Below are positions 30,391-39,416 of a DNA stretch of 64,000 nucleotides, in pieces. Position numbers and translations under genes: made by a program. This stretch comes from Candidatus Latescibacterota bacterium (GTDB taxonomy: Bacteria; Latescibacterota; UBA2968; UBA8231): positions 928,001 through 992,000 of the forward strand of contig OZ220090.1 in NCBI GenBank assembly GCA_964291625.2, written 5' to 3'. How positions within the stretch are numbered: position 1 is the first letter of the stretch; every line of letters begins with the position of its first letter. Below the pieces are notes generated by a model, which made no database searches, had not been told where the DNA came from, and was given only the letters and a program-made list of their open reading frames with translations.

Positions 30391-31553
30391 CTACCGGAAA
30401 AGACTCTTGATCGCGCCCCAGGACGACGCTTCCACTCCGGTGCCAGGAAGGTCGGAACCACACCCGTTCTGGCCACCCGCACCGGAATCACCGCTTTCGC
30501 TTCCAGTAGAGGTTTGAGGAAAGGACTCCGATGGCGGCCAGACCCGAGCCACGGAGGGCAGTTCGGACACGGGCACCAGCAGCGGGATGGGTAGGCAGGC
30601 GTATACTGCAGTGCGCACCCAGTCGGCGTCTTCGCTGCTGGGTCGGCCGATGCGCACTCTGGTGATACAGTGGTCCTCCAAGAAACGGACGACCATGTCG
30701 ATGCTGCTCTCTATGTCGATGCTGCTCTCTTCCGTGTGTAACAGACGGATGCGCACGGGGACTGAATGGGGTGGCTTCGACGGGTCCCAGACGTAGAAGT
30801 CCGGCTTCGACGGGTCCCAGTCGTCGGAAGTCGGAAATCGCGAGACGCAGCGACCTGGATCGACCTCGTCCGCGTCCGGCCCCACCGGAGCGCCTCCTTG
30901 TAGCTATAGACAAGATCGTTCAAGGAACTATCCAGCTTCGGCCACAGGTTGGGACCCGCGAAAATGGGACAAATCCACATCGACGTTCCCGTCCGCGGCA
31001 GCCAATCGGCCGACTCCAACCTCGGGATGAGGTTGTACCCCATATGCAGATCCCTGAGCCTGGTCAGGCCCGACAGCGACCTCAGGTCCGAGATCTTGTT
31101 GACTTCCACGTTCAACCACCTCAGGTTGACCAGGCCCGACAGGGGCGTCACGTCCTCCACCGAGTTGCCCGCCAGGTCCAGCCAGGTGAGTGCGGTCAGG
31201 CCCGACAGCGGCGAGAGGTCGGAAACGTCATTGCTGTTGGTCCAGGGGTCTCTCGTGATGGCCCCCGGCCCCAAGTCCAGCCGGGTCAGCCCGGTGGCGT
31301 GCTCCAGCCCGGTCAGGTCGACGATGCCCGCGTCCGGTGCTTCCAATGAGGTCAGCTTCGCCAGGGAGGACGCCGTGATCGGGTCGCCAGCCGACAGGCC
31401 GAGGCTGTCCTCCAGCACCGCCCGCAACGAGGCGTCCGGCACCGTCACTTCTGGGGTGTCGTCCTGCGCCCAACCGGCCGGCAAACCCAGCAGGGTCAGC
31501 CCAAGGGCCAGCAGTATCGTACTGCAGTGCATTTTCTTCCTCTTCGGTTGCAT
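30391..31553 (-). CDS. Secreted LRR + prodomain-like protein with SWGAIK tail (type A; 1-bp frameshift ~30873)
   Basis: Joins ORFs 30711-32003 (from ATG 31553) and 30391-30885. The paralogue at 26070 has tccgtcgtcc where this copy has tccgcgtcc. Confidence 0.78.
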
Positions 31554-31599
31554 TGTGTGGAGTTCCAAAGGGCAGCTGCCCGCCCTACCGGAAAAGACT

Positions 31600-32727
31600 C
31601 TAGATCGCGCCCCAAGACGACACCTCCACTCCGGTGCCAGGAAGGTCGGAACCGCACCCTTCCTGGCCACCAGCACTAGCATCGCTGCTCTCGCTTCCAG
31701 TGGAGCTGGCAGGAAAGGAGCCCGGTGGCATCCTGACGCGAGCCACGGAGGGCAGGTCGGACAGAGGCACCAGCAGGGGCACCGGCACACAAGCGTAGAC
31801 TGTGTTCCAGCCCTGCTCTCCGCTGGGGACTCGGGAGATGAAGAAGTCCCTGACGATGATGCAGTAGCCCTCGAGGAAGGCGACGACTCTGTCGATGCTG
31901 CTCTCTTCCCTGTCAAGCAGATTCTTGATGCGGACCGAAGCTGAATGGGGTGGCTTCGATGGGTCCCAGATGAAGAAATCCGGCTTCGACGGGTCCCAGT
32001 CATCGGAAGTCGGAAATCGCCGGAAGCAGCGACTTGGATCGACCACGACCTCGTGCGTCGTTCGGCCCCACCGGAGCGCCTCCTTGTAGCTCATGACCAG
32101 ACGGTTCAAGGGACCGTCCAGCGTCGGCCACAGATCAGAGCCCGAGAAATCGAGATAGACGTCCACTCTCTGCTGCCACGGCGGCAGCCAATCGGCCAAC
32201 TCCCACGTCGGTACAAGGTTGTACCCCATATACAGCTCCCGGAGCTTAGTCAGGCCCGACAGCGACCTCATATCCTGGATCTTGTTGACTTCCACGATCA
32301 GCACGGCCAAGCGGGTCAGGCCGGACAGCGGGGTCACGTCCTCCACCGAGTTGCCCGCCAGGTCCAGCCAAGTCAGTGCGGTCAGACCCGACAGCGGCGA
32401 GAGGTCGGAAACGTCATTGCTGTTGGTCCAGGGATCCCTCGTGACGGCCCCCGGCCCCACGTCCAGCAACGTCAGCCCGGTGGCGTACTCCAGCCCGGTC
32501 AGGTCGACGATGCCCAGGTCTCTCGCCTCCAGTTTGGTCAACGCCGCCAGCGCCGCGGCCGTGATCGGAGCCCCTTCCACCAGGCCGAGGCGGTCTTCCA
32601 GCACCGCCCGCAGGGCCGCGTCCGGCACCGTCACCTCGGCCGGGGGGTCGTTCTGCGCCCAGGCGCCGGGCAGGCCCAGGTGAATCGAGGCGAACACCAA
32701 AGGGAGTAGAATCCGGAAACCGTGCAA
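31600..32727 (-). CDS. Secreted LRR + prodomain-like protein (type A) whose tail is cut by an AAG->TAG change
   Basis: TTG 32727 with GGAGG. Ends SSWGAI-TAG-AGT CTT TTC CGG-TAG, whereas paralogues read WGAI-K-SLFR*. Confidence 0.82.
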   Translation of the reverse strand: MHGFRILLPLVFASIHLGLPGAWAQNDPPAEVTVPDAALRAVLEDRLGLVEGAPITAAALAALTKLEARDLGIVDLTGLEYATGLTLLDVGPGAVTRDPWTNSNDVSDLSPLSGLTALTWLDLAGNSVEDVTPLSGLTRLAVLIVEVNKIQDMRSLSGLTKLRELYMGYNLVPTWELADWLPPWQQRVDVYLDFSGSDLWPTLDGPLNRLVMSYKEALRWGRTTHEVVVDPSRCFRRFPTSDDWDPSKPDFFIWDPSKPPHSASVRIKNLLDREESSIDRVVAFLEGYCIIVRDFFISRVPSGEQGWNTVYACVPVPLLVPLSDLPSVARVRMPPGSFPASSTGSESSDASAGGQEGCGSDLPGTGVEVSSWGAI

Positions 32728-32794
32728 GGTCTTTCCTCCGGTAGATGGTTTGCAGGAGTTTCTCGGGGCCGTCACGGCGCGTGACCTCCCCGTG

Positions 32795-33989
32795 CTACTT
32801 GAATCGGTCCTTCACCGCGCCCCAGGATACGCCTTCGAGCAGCGTGGGAGAGAGGGACTCGAACGGAATCACCACTTCGATCCTTCGGACGCCGGCCAGT
32901 TCGGACAGGGACGCCAGCAGCGGCAGGGGCACGCAGGCCTGGACATAGTAGTAGCTGACCCAGTAGGGGATGCCGTGGTCCTCCAGGAGGACCGTCACCA
33001 GCTCGACGGCCTCGTACTCCACTATGACCTCCACGTAGATGGAAGGAGCCGGCTTCGACGGATCCCAATCCCCGAAGTCGACGGGGAACTCGTCCTCGAA
33101 AAAGCAGGGCCCTCCCCCGACCCTGCTGGTCACTCTCCCCGCCTCGAGGGCCGCCTCGTACTGCTCGACAAAATGGTTCAGCCGGCCACGGAGCTTGGGA
33201 TACTTGTAAGGGGGGGCATCCGAACCGTATAGCTGGGCCTGCCCGGCCAGGGCGTGAGATCCACGTCCAGGTCGACATACAGCTCGGTCAGGCCGGTCAG
33301 GCCGGCCAGGGGGACACATCCACCACCGAGTTGTGCGCCAGATCCAGCATCAGCAAGCTGGTCAGGCCGGCCAGGGGCGATACATCCGAAATCTCGTTGC
33401 CTCTCAGGTCCAGCCAGGTCAGGCCGGTCAAGCCCGCCAAGGGCGACAAGTCCGAGATCTCGTTGCCTCTCAGGTCCAGCTTGGTCAGGCCGGTCAAGCC
33501 GGCCAAGGGAGATAAATCCGAAATCTCGTTGTCTCTCAGATTCAGCTTGGCCAGGCTGGTCAAGCCCGCCAAGGGAGACAAATCCGAAATCTGGTTGTCC
33601 CAGAGCGACAGAACGTCCAGGCCGCCCAGGCCGGCCAGGGGCGACAAGTCCGCAATCTCGTTGCCATAGAGTGACAGGACCTTCAGGCCGGTCAAGCCGG
33701 ACAAGGGAGCCAGACGCGAAATCGAGTTGCCCAAGAGGATCAGCCGTCTCAGCCCGGTGGCATGCTCCAACCCGGTGAGATCCACAATTCCCTTGTGGCG
33801 CGCATCAAGGACGGTCAGCTCGGCCAGATCAGCCGCCGTGATCGGCTCGCCCGCCACCAGACCGAGGCTGTCCTCCAGCACCGCCCGCAGGGCGGCATCC
33901 GGCACCGTCACCTCGGCCGGGGCGTCGTCCTGCGCCCAGGCGCCGGGCAGGGCCGTCAAGATCGTCAGGAGACAGATGCGGATGCGCAT
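32795..33989 (-). CDS. Secreted long-LRR + prodomain-like protein with SWGAVK tail (type C; apparent frameshifts ~33311 and ~33251)
   Basis: Joins ORFs 33297-33989 and 32795-33319; both shifts lie in C-runs. YPKLRGRLN..., GDWDPSKP, QACVPLPLL, VSWGAVKDRFK. Confidence 0.78.
33300..33760 (-). repeat. 66-bp tandem repeats encoding 22-aa internalin-type LRRs
   Basis: Repeated unit LTGLTxLxLRGNEISDLSPLAG. Confidence 0.88.
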
Positions 33990-34087
33990 GGGATCATCCT
34001 CCCGTGGGCAGGACAGTTGTGGGACCCACTTGCCGGGCCCTTGAATGGTGCAGGATGCGTCACAAGCAAGACCATCGCCGCACTCCC

Positions 34088-34649
34088 CTACCGGATGAGG
34101 TCCAGCTTGCCGACGTGTACTCCTTCGAGTGCAATTCCCGTTTGCCCGGCATCTCGGCCGGCGTCTCCGGCCCGCTGCACGTCGGGGCCCGGTTCACCGG
34201 CTTGGCGGTCTCCGTGTCGGGCTCGCCGTAGCCCTCCCGGTTTTGGCCCGCACCTCGAAGGTGTAGAGGGTGCCGTTGCTCAGACCCGTCAGCGTCGTGT
34301 CCCTGGCGGCGCCCTTGCCGGCGACCCTGTGCCAGTCGCGGCCCGTCCATCCCGACGCGCTGCGGTAGCGGTACCGGTACAGCTTCACCTCGGCCCCGTT
34401 GGGCGCCGCCTCCGTCCAGGTCACCACCTGCCGGTCGCCGGGATCGGCGGCCAGGGTCGCCGGGCCGGGCCCTCCGGCCGGCGCGACCTCTGCCGAGGCG
34501 GCGGCCCCGGCGCCTTCGCCCCACGCGCGCGCCTCCGCCTCTGTCGGTGGGACTCTTGCCCCTTGCATCCCCGGAAACCAGGCCCCGGCCCAGAGGACGC
34601 TCGATACCAGAAACACGGCCGCCAGGAACCACCATCCGCGAGCGCTCAT
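34088..34649 (-). pseudogene. Collapsed Fn3/cadherin surface-protein gene (signal + one Fn3 + terminal tail residues)
   Basis: Signal MSARGWWFLAAV, Fn3 (DTTLTGLSNGTLYTFEVRA), frameshift, VNRAP (start of a cadherin module), then VGKLDLIR* in another frame. Confidence 0.65.
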
Positions 34650-34984
34650 TGGCCTTTGATCCTTCCCAGGAGTTCCCTTCTATATCAGAAGGGCCAGGGG
34701 GGAGTGTGCCCGAAACCCGCTCCGCCTTGAGAGATTGGAATGGCGCCGCGGGGCTTCAAGCCCCCGGGGGGCCCTGCCCAGGAAGTCGGCCAAGTAGCCA
34801 TGCGCCGGGGGGTCGCTGGTCGATGTGACGCAGTCCCCTTGAATGTACTCCCATCCAAGTGTGAAACCGATGGAAATAAGCCCATTGGTTACGGTATTTT
34901 GATGAAAAAGTGACTTTCTGGAGATTCCACTTGGATAACCAGGCCGCGACCTGTTTCCTCTTTCCCCCTCCTGAGGCGACGACT

Positions 34985-37363
34985 ATGGAACGTGACCACG
35001 AGGTCCTGCGGGAGCGCCTGAGCCGGTTGAGCCAGGCCAGCCTGCGCATCAACGAGAGCCTCGACTACCCCACGGTGCTGCAAGGGGTCCTGGACTCGGC
35101 CCGGTCGCTGACCGGAGCCCGCTACGGGGTGATGACCTTCCTGGACGATTCGGGTTGTCCCCGGGACTTCCTCTCCTCCGGGATGACGGCCGAAGAGGAC
35201 CGGCAGCTCTGGGACGTGCCCGAGGGGGGGCGGCTCTACGAGTATCTCGGCGGCTTTTGCGCCCCCCTCCGGCTGCCGGACCTGCTCGGCCATCTCCGGT
35301 CGCAGGACCTTCCCGAATTGGGGCCGGTCCTGCCGGGGGATCCGGTCCTCGCCTTTCTGGCGGCGCCGGTGCTCCACCGGGGCGAACGGGTCGGCAACCT
35401 CTTCCTGGCCGGCAAGCAAGCAGAGCAAGCCGGCGAAGAGTTCAGCCGGGAAGACGAGGAGACCCTGGTCATGTTCGCCTCCCAGGCGGCCCTGGTGATC
35501 GCCAACGCCCGCCGCTACCGGGACGAGCAGCGGGCCCGGGCCGACCTGGAGACCCTGATCCACACCTCCCCGGTGGGCGTGGTGGTCTTCGACGCGAGGA
35601 CGGGCGCGCCCAGATCGCTGAACCGGGAAGCGAAGAGGATCGTCGAAGGCCTGCGGCCGGCGGACCCGTCGCCGGAGGATCTGCTGAAAGACCTGACCTT
35701 CTGGCGCGGCGACGGGCGGGAGGTCTCCCTGGAAGAGTTCTCCCTGGCCCAGGCCCTGAGCGCCGGGGAGACGGTGCGCGCCGAGGAGATCGTCATGCAG
35801 GTGCCCGGCGGAGAGTCGGTCACCACTCTGGTCAATGCCACGCCCATCCCCTCGGAGGAAGGGGGGATCGACTCCTATGTCGTGACCCTGCAGGACCTGA
35901 CCCCGCTGGAGCAGCAGGAGCGGCTGCGGGCCGAGTTCCTGGCCATGGTCAGCCACGAGCTGCGCGTGCCCCTGACCTCCATCAAGGGGTCGGCGGCCAC
36001 CGTGCTGGACGATCCGTCCGTGGTGAACGCCGCCGGGATGGCCCTCCCGTTCTTCCGCATCATCAACCAGCAGGCCGACCACATGAGCCGGCTGATCGAC
36101 GACCTGCTGGACGTGGCCCGCATTCAGACCGGCACCTTGCGGGTCAATCCCGAGCCGACGTCCGTGGTCGAGCTGGTGGAACAGGCCCGCCACAGCTTCT
36201 CGGGCAGCGAGGCAGCCGACAACCTGCGGATCGAGCTGCCCCCCGATTTGCCCCCCGTGATGGCGGACCCGCAGCGCGTCGTCCAGGTCCTCGGCAACCT
36301 GCTGTCCAACGCCGCCTGCCATGCGCCCCGGGCCACACCCATCCGGCTGTCGGCGGTGAGGGAGCAGGTCCACGTGGCCGTCACGGTTTCCGACCGGGGC
36401 CGGGGGGTGCCGGCCGAGCAGCTGCCCCACCTGTTCCGCAAGTTCCCCCGCCTCGAGGCACCCGACCGGGAGGAGGGCAATGAGGGGTCCGGGCTGGGCC
36501 TGGCCATCTGCCGGGGCCTCGTGGAAGCCCACGGAGGCCGCATCCGGGCGGCCAGCGACGGCGCCGGCCGGGGCACCCGCATCACCTTCACCCTGCCCAT
36601 CGCCGAGGAGACCGGCCTGGCGGCCCTTCCGACTTCCGGCCGACGACGGAAGCGCCGGGGGAAGGAGACCCGGATCCTGGTGGTGGACGACGACCCGCAG
36701 ACCCTGCGCAAGGTGCGCGACGCCCTCTCGAAAGCCGGCTACCTGTCCATCGTGACCGGCGACCCGGAGCAGGTCTCCTCGCTCATGGAGGAGCACCGCC
36801 CCCACCTGGCGCTGCTCGACCTCGTGCTGCCCGGCGCCGACGGCATCGAGATGATGCAGGAGCTCTTCCACAAGGCCCGCGTGCCCGTCATCTTCCTGTC
36901 CGCTCACGACCAGGACGAGGGGATCGCCCGGGCCTTCGACGCGGGGGCGGCCGACTACGTGGTCAAGCCCTTTGCCCCGACCGAGCTGACGGCCCGCATC
37001 CGCGCCGCCCTGCGCCGTCGGGCCGCCCCCGGACGGGACCAGCCCACGGAACCGTCTGTCTTCGGAGAGTTGACTCTCGACTACGCCCGGAGAAGGGTGA
37101 CCCTGGCCGGACGGCGGGTGCCGTTGACGGACACCGAGTACCGGCTGCTGGTGGAGCTGGCCATCGATCTGGGAACCCCGGTGACCTACGAAGACCTGCT
37201 GCAGCAGGTCTGGGGCCTCGAGCCTTCCGCCGACCGCAGGACGTTGCGCTCCACCGTCAAGAGCATCCGCCGGAAGCTGGGAGACGAAGCCCGGAACCCC
37301 ACCTACATCTTCAACGAGTCAAAGGTCGGCTATCGACTGGGAGGCGCCGAGCAGGGGGCCTGA
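34985..37363 (+). CDS. Cytoplasmic hybrid regulator: GAF-PAS-HisKA-HATPase-REC-OmpR wHTH
   Basis: SHELRVPLTSIKG, LGNLLSNA, DRGRG, GSGLGL, LVVDDD, LLDLVLP, KPF, LTDTEYRLL...GYRL; no TM segment seen. Confidence 0.9.
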   Translation: MERDHEVLRERLSRLSQASLRINESLDYPTVLQGVLDSARSLTGARYGVMTFLDDSGCPRDFLSSGMTAEEDRQLWDVPEGGRLYEYLGGFCAPLRLPDLLGHLRSQDLPELGPVLPGDPVLAFLAAPVLHRGERVGNLFLAGKQAEQAGEEFSREDEETLVMFASQAALVIANARRYRDEQRARADLETLIHTSPVGVVVFDARTGAPRSLNREAKRIVEGLRPADPSPEDLLKDLTFWRGDGREVSLEEFSLAQALSAGETVRAEEIVMQVPGGESVTTLVNATPIPSEEGGIDSYVVTLQDLTPLEQQERLRAEFLAMVSHELRVPLTSIKGSAATVLDDPSVVNAAGMALPFFRIINQQADHMSRLIDDLLDVARIQTGTLRVNPEPTSVVELVEQARHSFSGSEAADNLRIELPPDLPPVMADPQRVVQVLGNLLSNAACHAPRATPIRLSAVREQVHVAVTVSDRGRGVPAEQLPHLFRKFPRLEAPDREEGNEGSGLGLAICRGLVEAHGGRIRAASDGAGRGTRITFTLPIAEETGLAALPTSGRRRKRRGKETRILVVDDDPQTLRKVRDALSKAGYLSIVTGDPEQVSSLMEEHRPHLALLDLVLPGADGIEMMQELFHKARVPVIFLSAHDQDEGIARAFDAGAADYVVKPFAPTELTARIRAALRRRAAPGRDQPTEPSVFGELTLDYARRRVTLAGRRVPLTDTEYRLLVELAIDLGTPVTYEDLLQQVWGLEPSADRRTLRSTVKSIRRKLGDEARNPTYIFNESKVGYRLGGAEQGA

Positions 37364-37393
37364 GACCGCCGGCCTCCGCTCAGGCGTCTCTGA

Positions 37394-38212
37394 TCAGCCC
37401 GCCAGGCCGGCGGCCACGTCGGCGCTGTCGACGCTCCAGCACCAGAACTTCTCCGCGTACTCCACCACCAGCCGGGTGCCTTCGTCGTGGTCGACGTAGG
37501 GCGGCCGCGCCGGGCTGTACATGGTGTCGGTGAGGTCGCGGATCAAGGCCGTCTCCACGCCCCACTTCGTCATCTGCTTGATCCCGAAGCTCCGGTGGAG
37601 GACGCACATGTTGGTGTGCACGCCGAGGATCAGCATGCGGGTCACGCCGCGGGCCTGCAGGCAGGCGTAGACCACGCGGCCGTCGTCGGAGATCAGGTCC
37701 CGCTCCGGGTCGATGTCGATGCCGGGGTGCTGGCTCGTCCAGGCCTTGTAGGAGTCGTTCTCGGCCACGGTGGTGCCGTTGTCGGCGGCGTCCACCGGCA
37801 GGGGCGGATCGTACTCGGCCGCCTCGCCGCCGGGGGCGAAGAGCTGCCCCACGAGGGAGTCGGGGTCCCGCGCCGCCGGCGGCAGCCCCTCCGGGGGATC
37901 GGCGGGCGTCGCCTCCAGGGCCCGGAGGCGGGCCGGATGCTCCGCGTAGAACTCCATCGTACCCGAGGGCGCGTGGACGATCTGCACCCCGGCCTCCCGG
38001 GCCACCCGCACGGTCTCGTTCATGCGCGGCACCAGCGGCTCCATGCGCTCCCGGGCGCCGCGGCACCAGTGGCTGTCCCAGACGTCGCACAGCAACAGGG
38101 CCGTGGCCGCAGCCGGCCAAGCCGCCTCCTCGGTGACCGTGCGCCACACGCGGTGCCCGCCCTCGTCGAGGGTCAGCCGCTGGCGGCGCAGGTGCAATCG
38201 CAGGTCGCCCAT
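37394..38212 (-). CDS. Isochorismatase / cysteine hydrolase family protein
   Basis: TALLLCDVWDSHWC, IVHAPS, GVHTNMCVL; start ATG 38212 with GGAG. Confidence 0.85.
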   Translation of the reverse strand: MGDLRLHLRRQRLTLDEGGHRVWRTVTEEAAWPAAATALLLCDVWDSHWCRGARERMEPLVPRMNETVRVAREAGVQIVHAPSGTMEFYAEHPARLRALEATPADPPEGLPPAARDPDSLVGQLFAPGGEAAEYDPPLPVDAADNGTTVAENDSYKAWTSQHPGIDIDPERDLISDDGRVVYACLQARGVTRMLILGVHTNMCVLHRSFGIKQMTKWGVETALIRDLTDTMYSPARPPYVDHDEGTRLVVEYAEKFWCWSVDSADVAAGLAG

Positions 38213-38226
38213 CGTTCTCCCCCTGC

Positions 38227-39384
38227 TTAGAACGAGTCCTTCACGTCCATGGTCCGGCCCGGCCCCTCCTTGACCTTCGACGTGGCCACGCGCTCCTGCA
38301 GCTCGTCGTGGTAGAGGTCGGCGTCGACGGGGATGTCGACCCAGCTGTCGGTCCAGGTGGACAGGAGCATGGCGTTGAACAGCTCGACGCTGTGGATGCC
38401 GTCGAGGCCGGGGGCCAGCAGCTCGGTCTCGCCGCCGTCGAGGATCGACTGCACCCAGTTGGCGGTGATCGTGCGGTGCTCGCCGTCGCCGCGGGCGGCC
38501 GGCACCTGGCAGGTCCACACGTCGGGGCTGCCGAAGCCGCCGGGGTACTCCTTGAGGAAGCGGCTCACCGACTGCTCGGTGCGGTGGAAGACGATGCCGC
38601 CGTTCTCGGCGACGATCTTGCCGCGGTCGCCGGTGATCTCGAGGCGGTTGGTGCCCGGGGCGTCGCCGGTGCCGGTGACGAAGACGCCGGTGGCGCCGTT
38701 GGGGTACTCGACGAAGGCGGTCACGTCGTCCTCCACCTCGATCTCGTGGTGCTTGCCGAAGTAGCAGAAGGCGCGCATGCGCGAGGGCATGCCGCAGACC
38801 CACTGCCAGAGGTCGAGGTTGTGGGGGCACTGGTTGGCCAGCACGCCGCCGCCCTCGCCGGCCCAGGTGGCCCGCCAGCCGCCGGAGTCGTAGTAGCTCT
38901 GGGCGCGGAACCAGTCGGTGATGATGTAGTTCGTGCGCTGGATCTCGCCCAACTCGCCGGAGGAGACCAGCTCGTGCAGCTTCCGCGTCTGGCCGCGGGC
39001 CCGCTGGTTGAGCATCAGGGCGAAGACCTTGCCGGACTTCTCGGCGGCGGCGTTCATCTCCTTCACCTGGCGGGTGTAGACCCCCGCCGGCTTCTCGGAC
39101 ATGACGTGGAGGCCGGCCTCGAAGGCGGCCACGGCGATCGGCGGGTGCAGGTAGTGGGGGGTGGCGATGAGCACGGCGTCGATCTCCCCCGACCCGATCA
39201 TCCCCTCGGGAGTGTCGAAGCGCTTCACGTCCCCGAGGGCGCTCTCGGCCCACGTGAGCCGCTCGGGGCTGGCGTCGGCCACCGCCGTCAGGCGCCCCGA
39301 CGGGACCGCCCCCTTCGACAGGTACTCGCAGTGATTGCCCCCCATGCCGCCGATGCCGGCGACGCCGATCCGTACCTCGTCCAT
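38227..39384 (-). CDS. Gfo/Idh/MocA family oxidoreductase
   Basis: IGVAGIGGMG, IATPHYLH, MSEKP, GGGVLANQCPHNLD. Confidence 0.9.
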   Translation of the reverse strand: MDEVRIGVAGIGGMGGNHCEYLSKGAVPSGRLTAVADASPERLTWAESALGDVKRFDTPEGMIGSGEIDAVLIATPHYLHPPIAVAAFEAGLHVMSEKPAGVYTRQVKEMNAAAEKSGKVFALMLNQRARGQTRKLHELVSSGELGEIQRTNYIITDWFRAQSYYDSGGWRATWAGEGGGVLANQCPHNLDLWQWVCGMPSRMRAFCYFGKHHEIEVEDDVTAFVEYPNGATGVFVTGTGDAPGTNRLEITGDRGKIVAENGGIVFHRTEQSVSRFLKEYPGGFGSPDVWTCQVPAARGDGEHRTITANWVQSILDGGETELLAPGLDGIHSVELFNAMLLSTWTDSWVDIPVDADLYHDELQERVATSKVKEGPGRTMDVKDSF

Positions 39385-39416
39385 CGGTCTCTCTCCTTTG
39401 GTCTCTTCGGTGTGGG

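Noticed and set aside
33300-33760. Regularly spaced 66-bp repeats as a possible CRISPR array
   Set aside because: The units are in-frame coding LRRs without unique spacers, and there are no cas genes.
25613-33989. Diversity-generating retroelement acting on the paralogous C-terminal domains
   Set aside because: No reverse transcriptase in the window, and differences between copies include indels and do not look adenine-specific.
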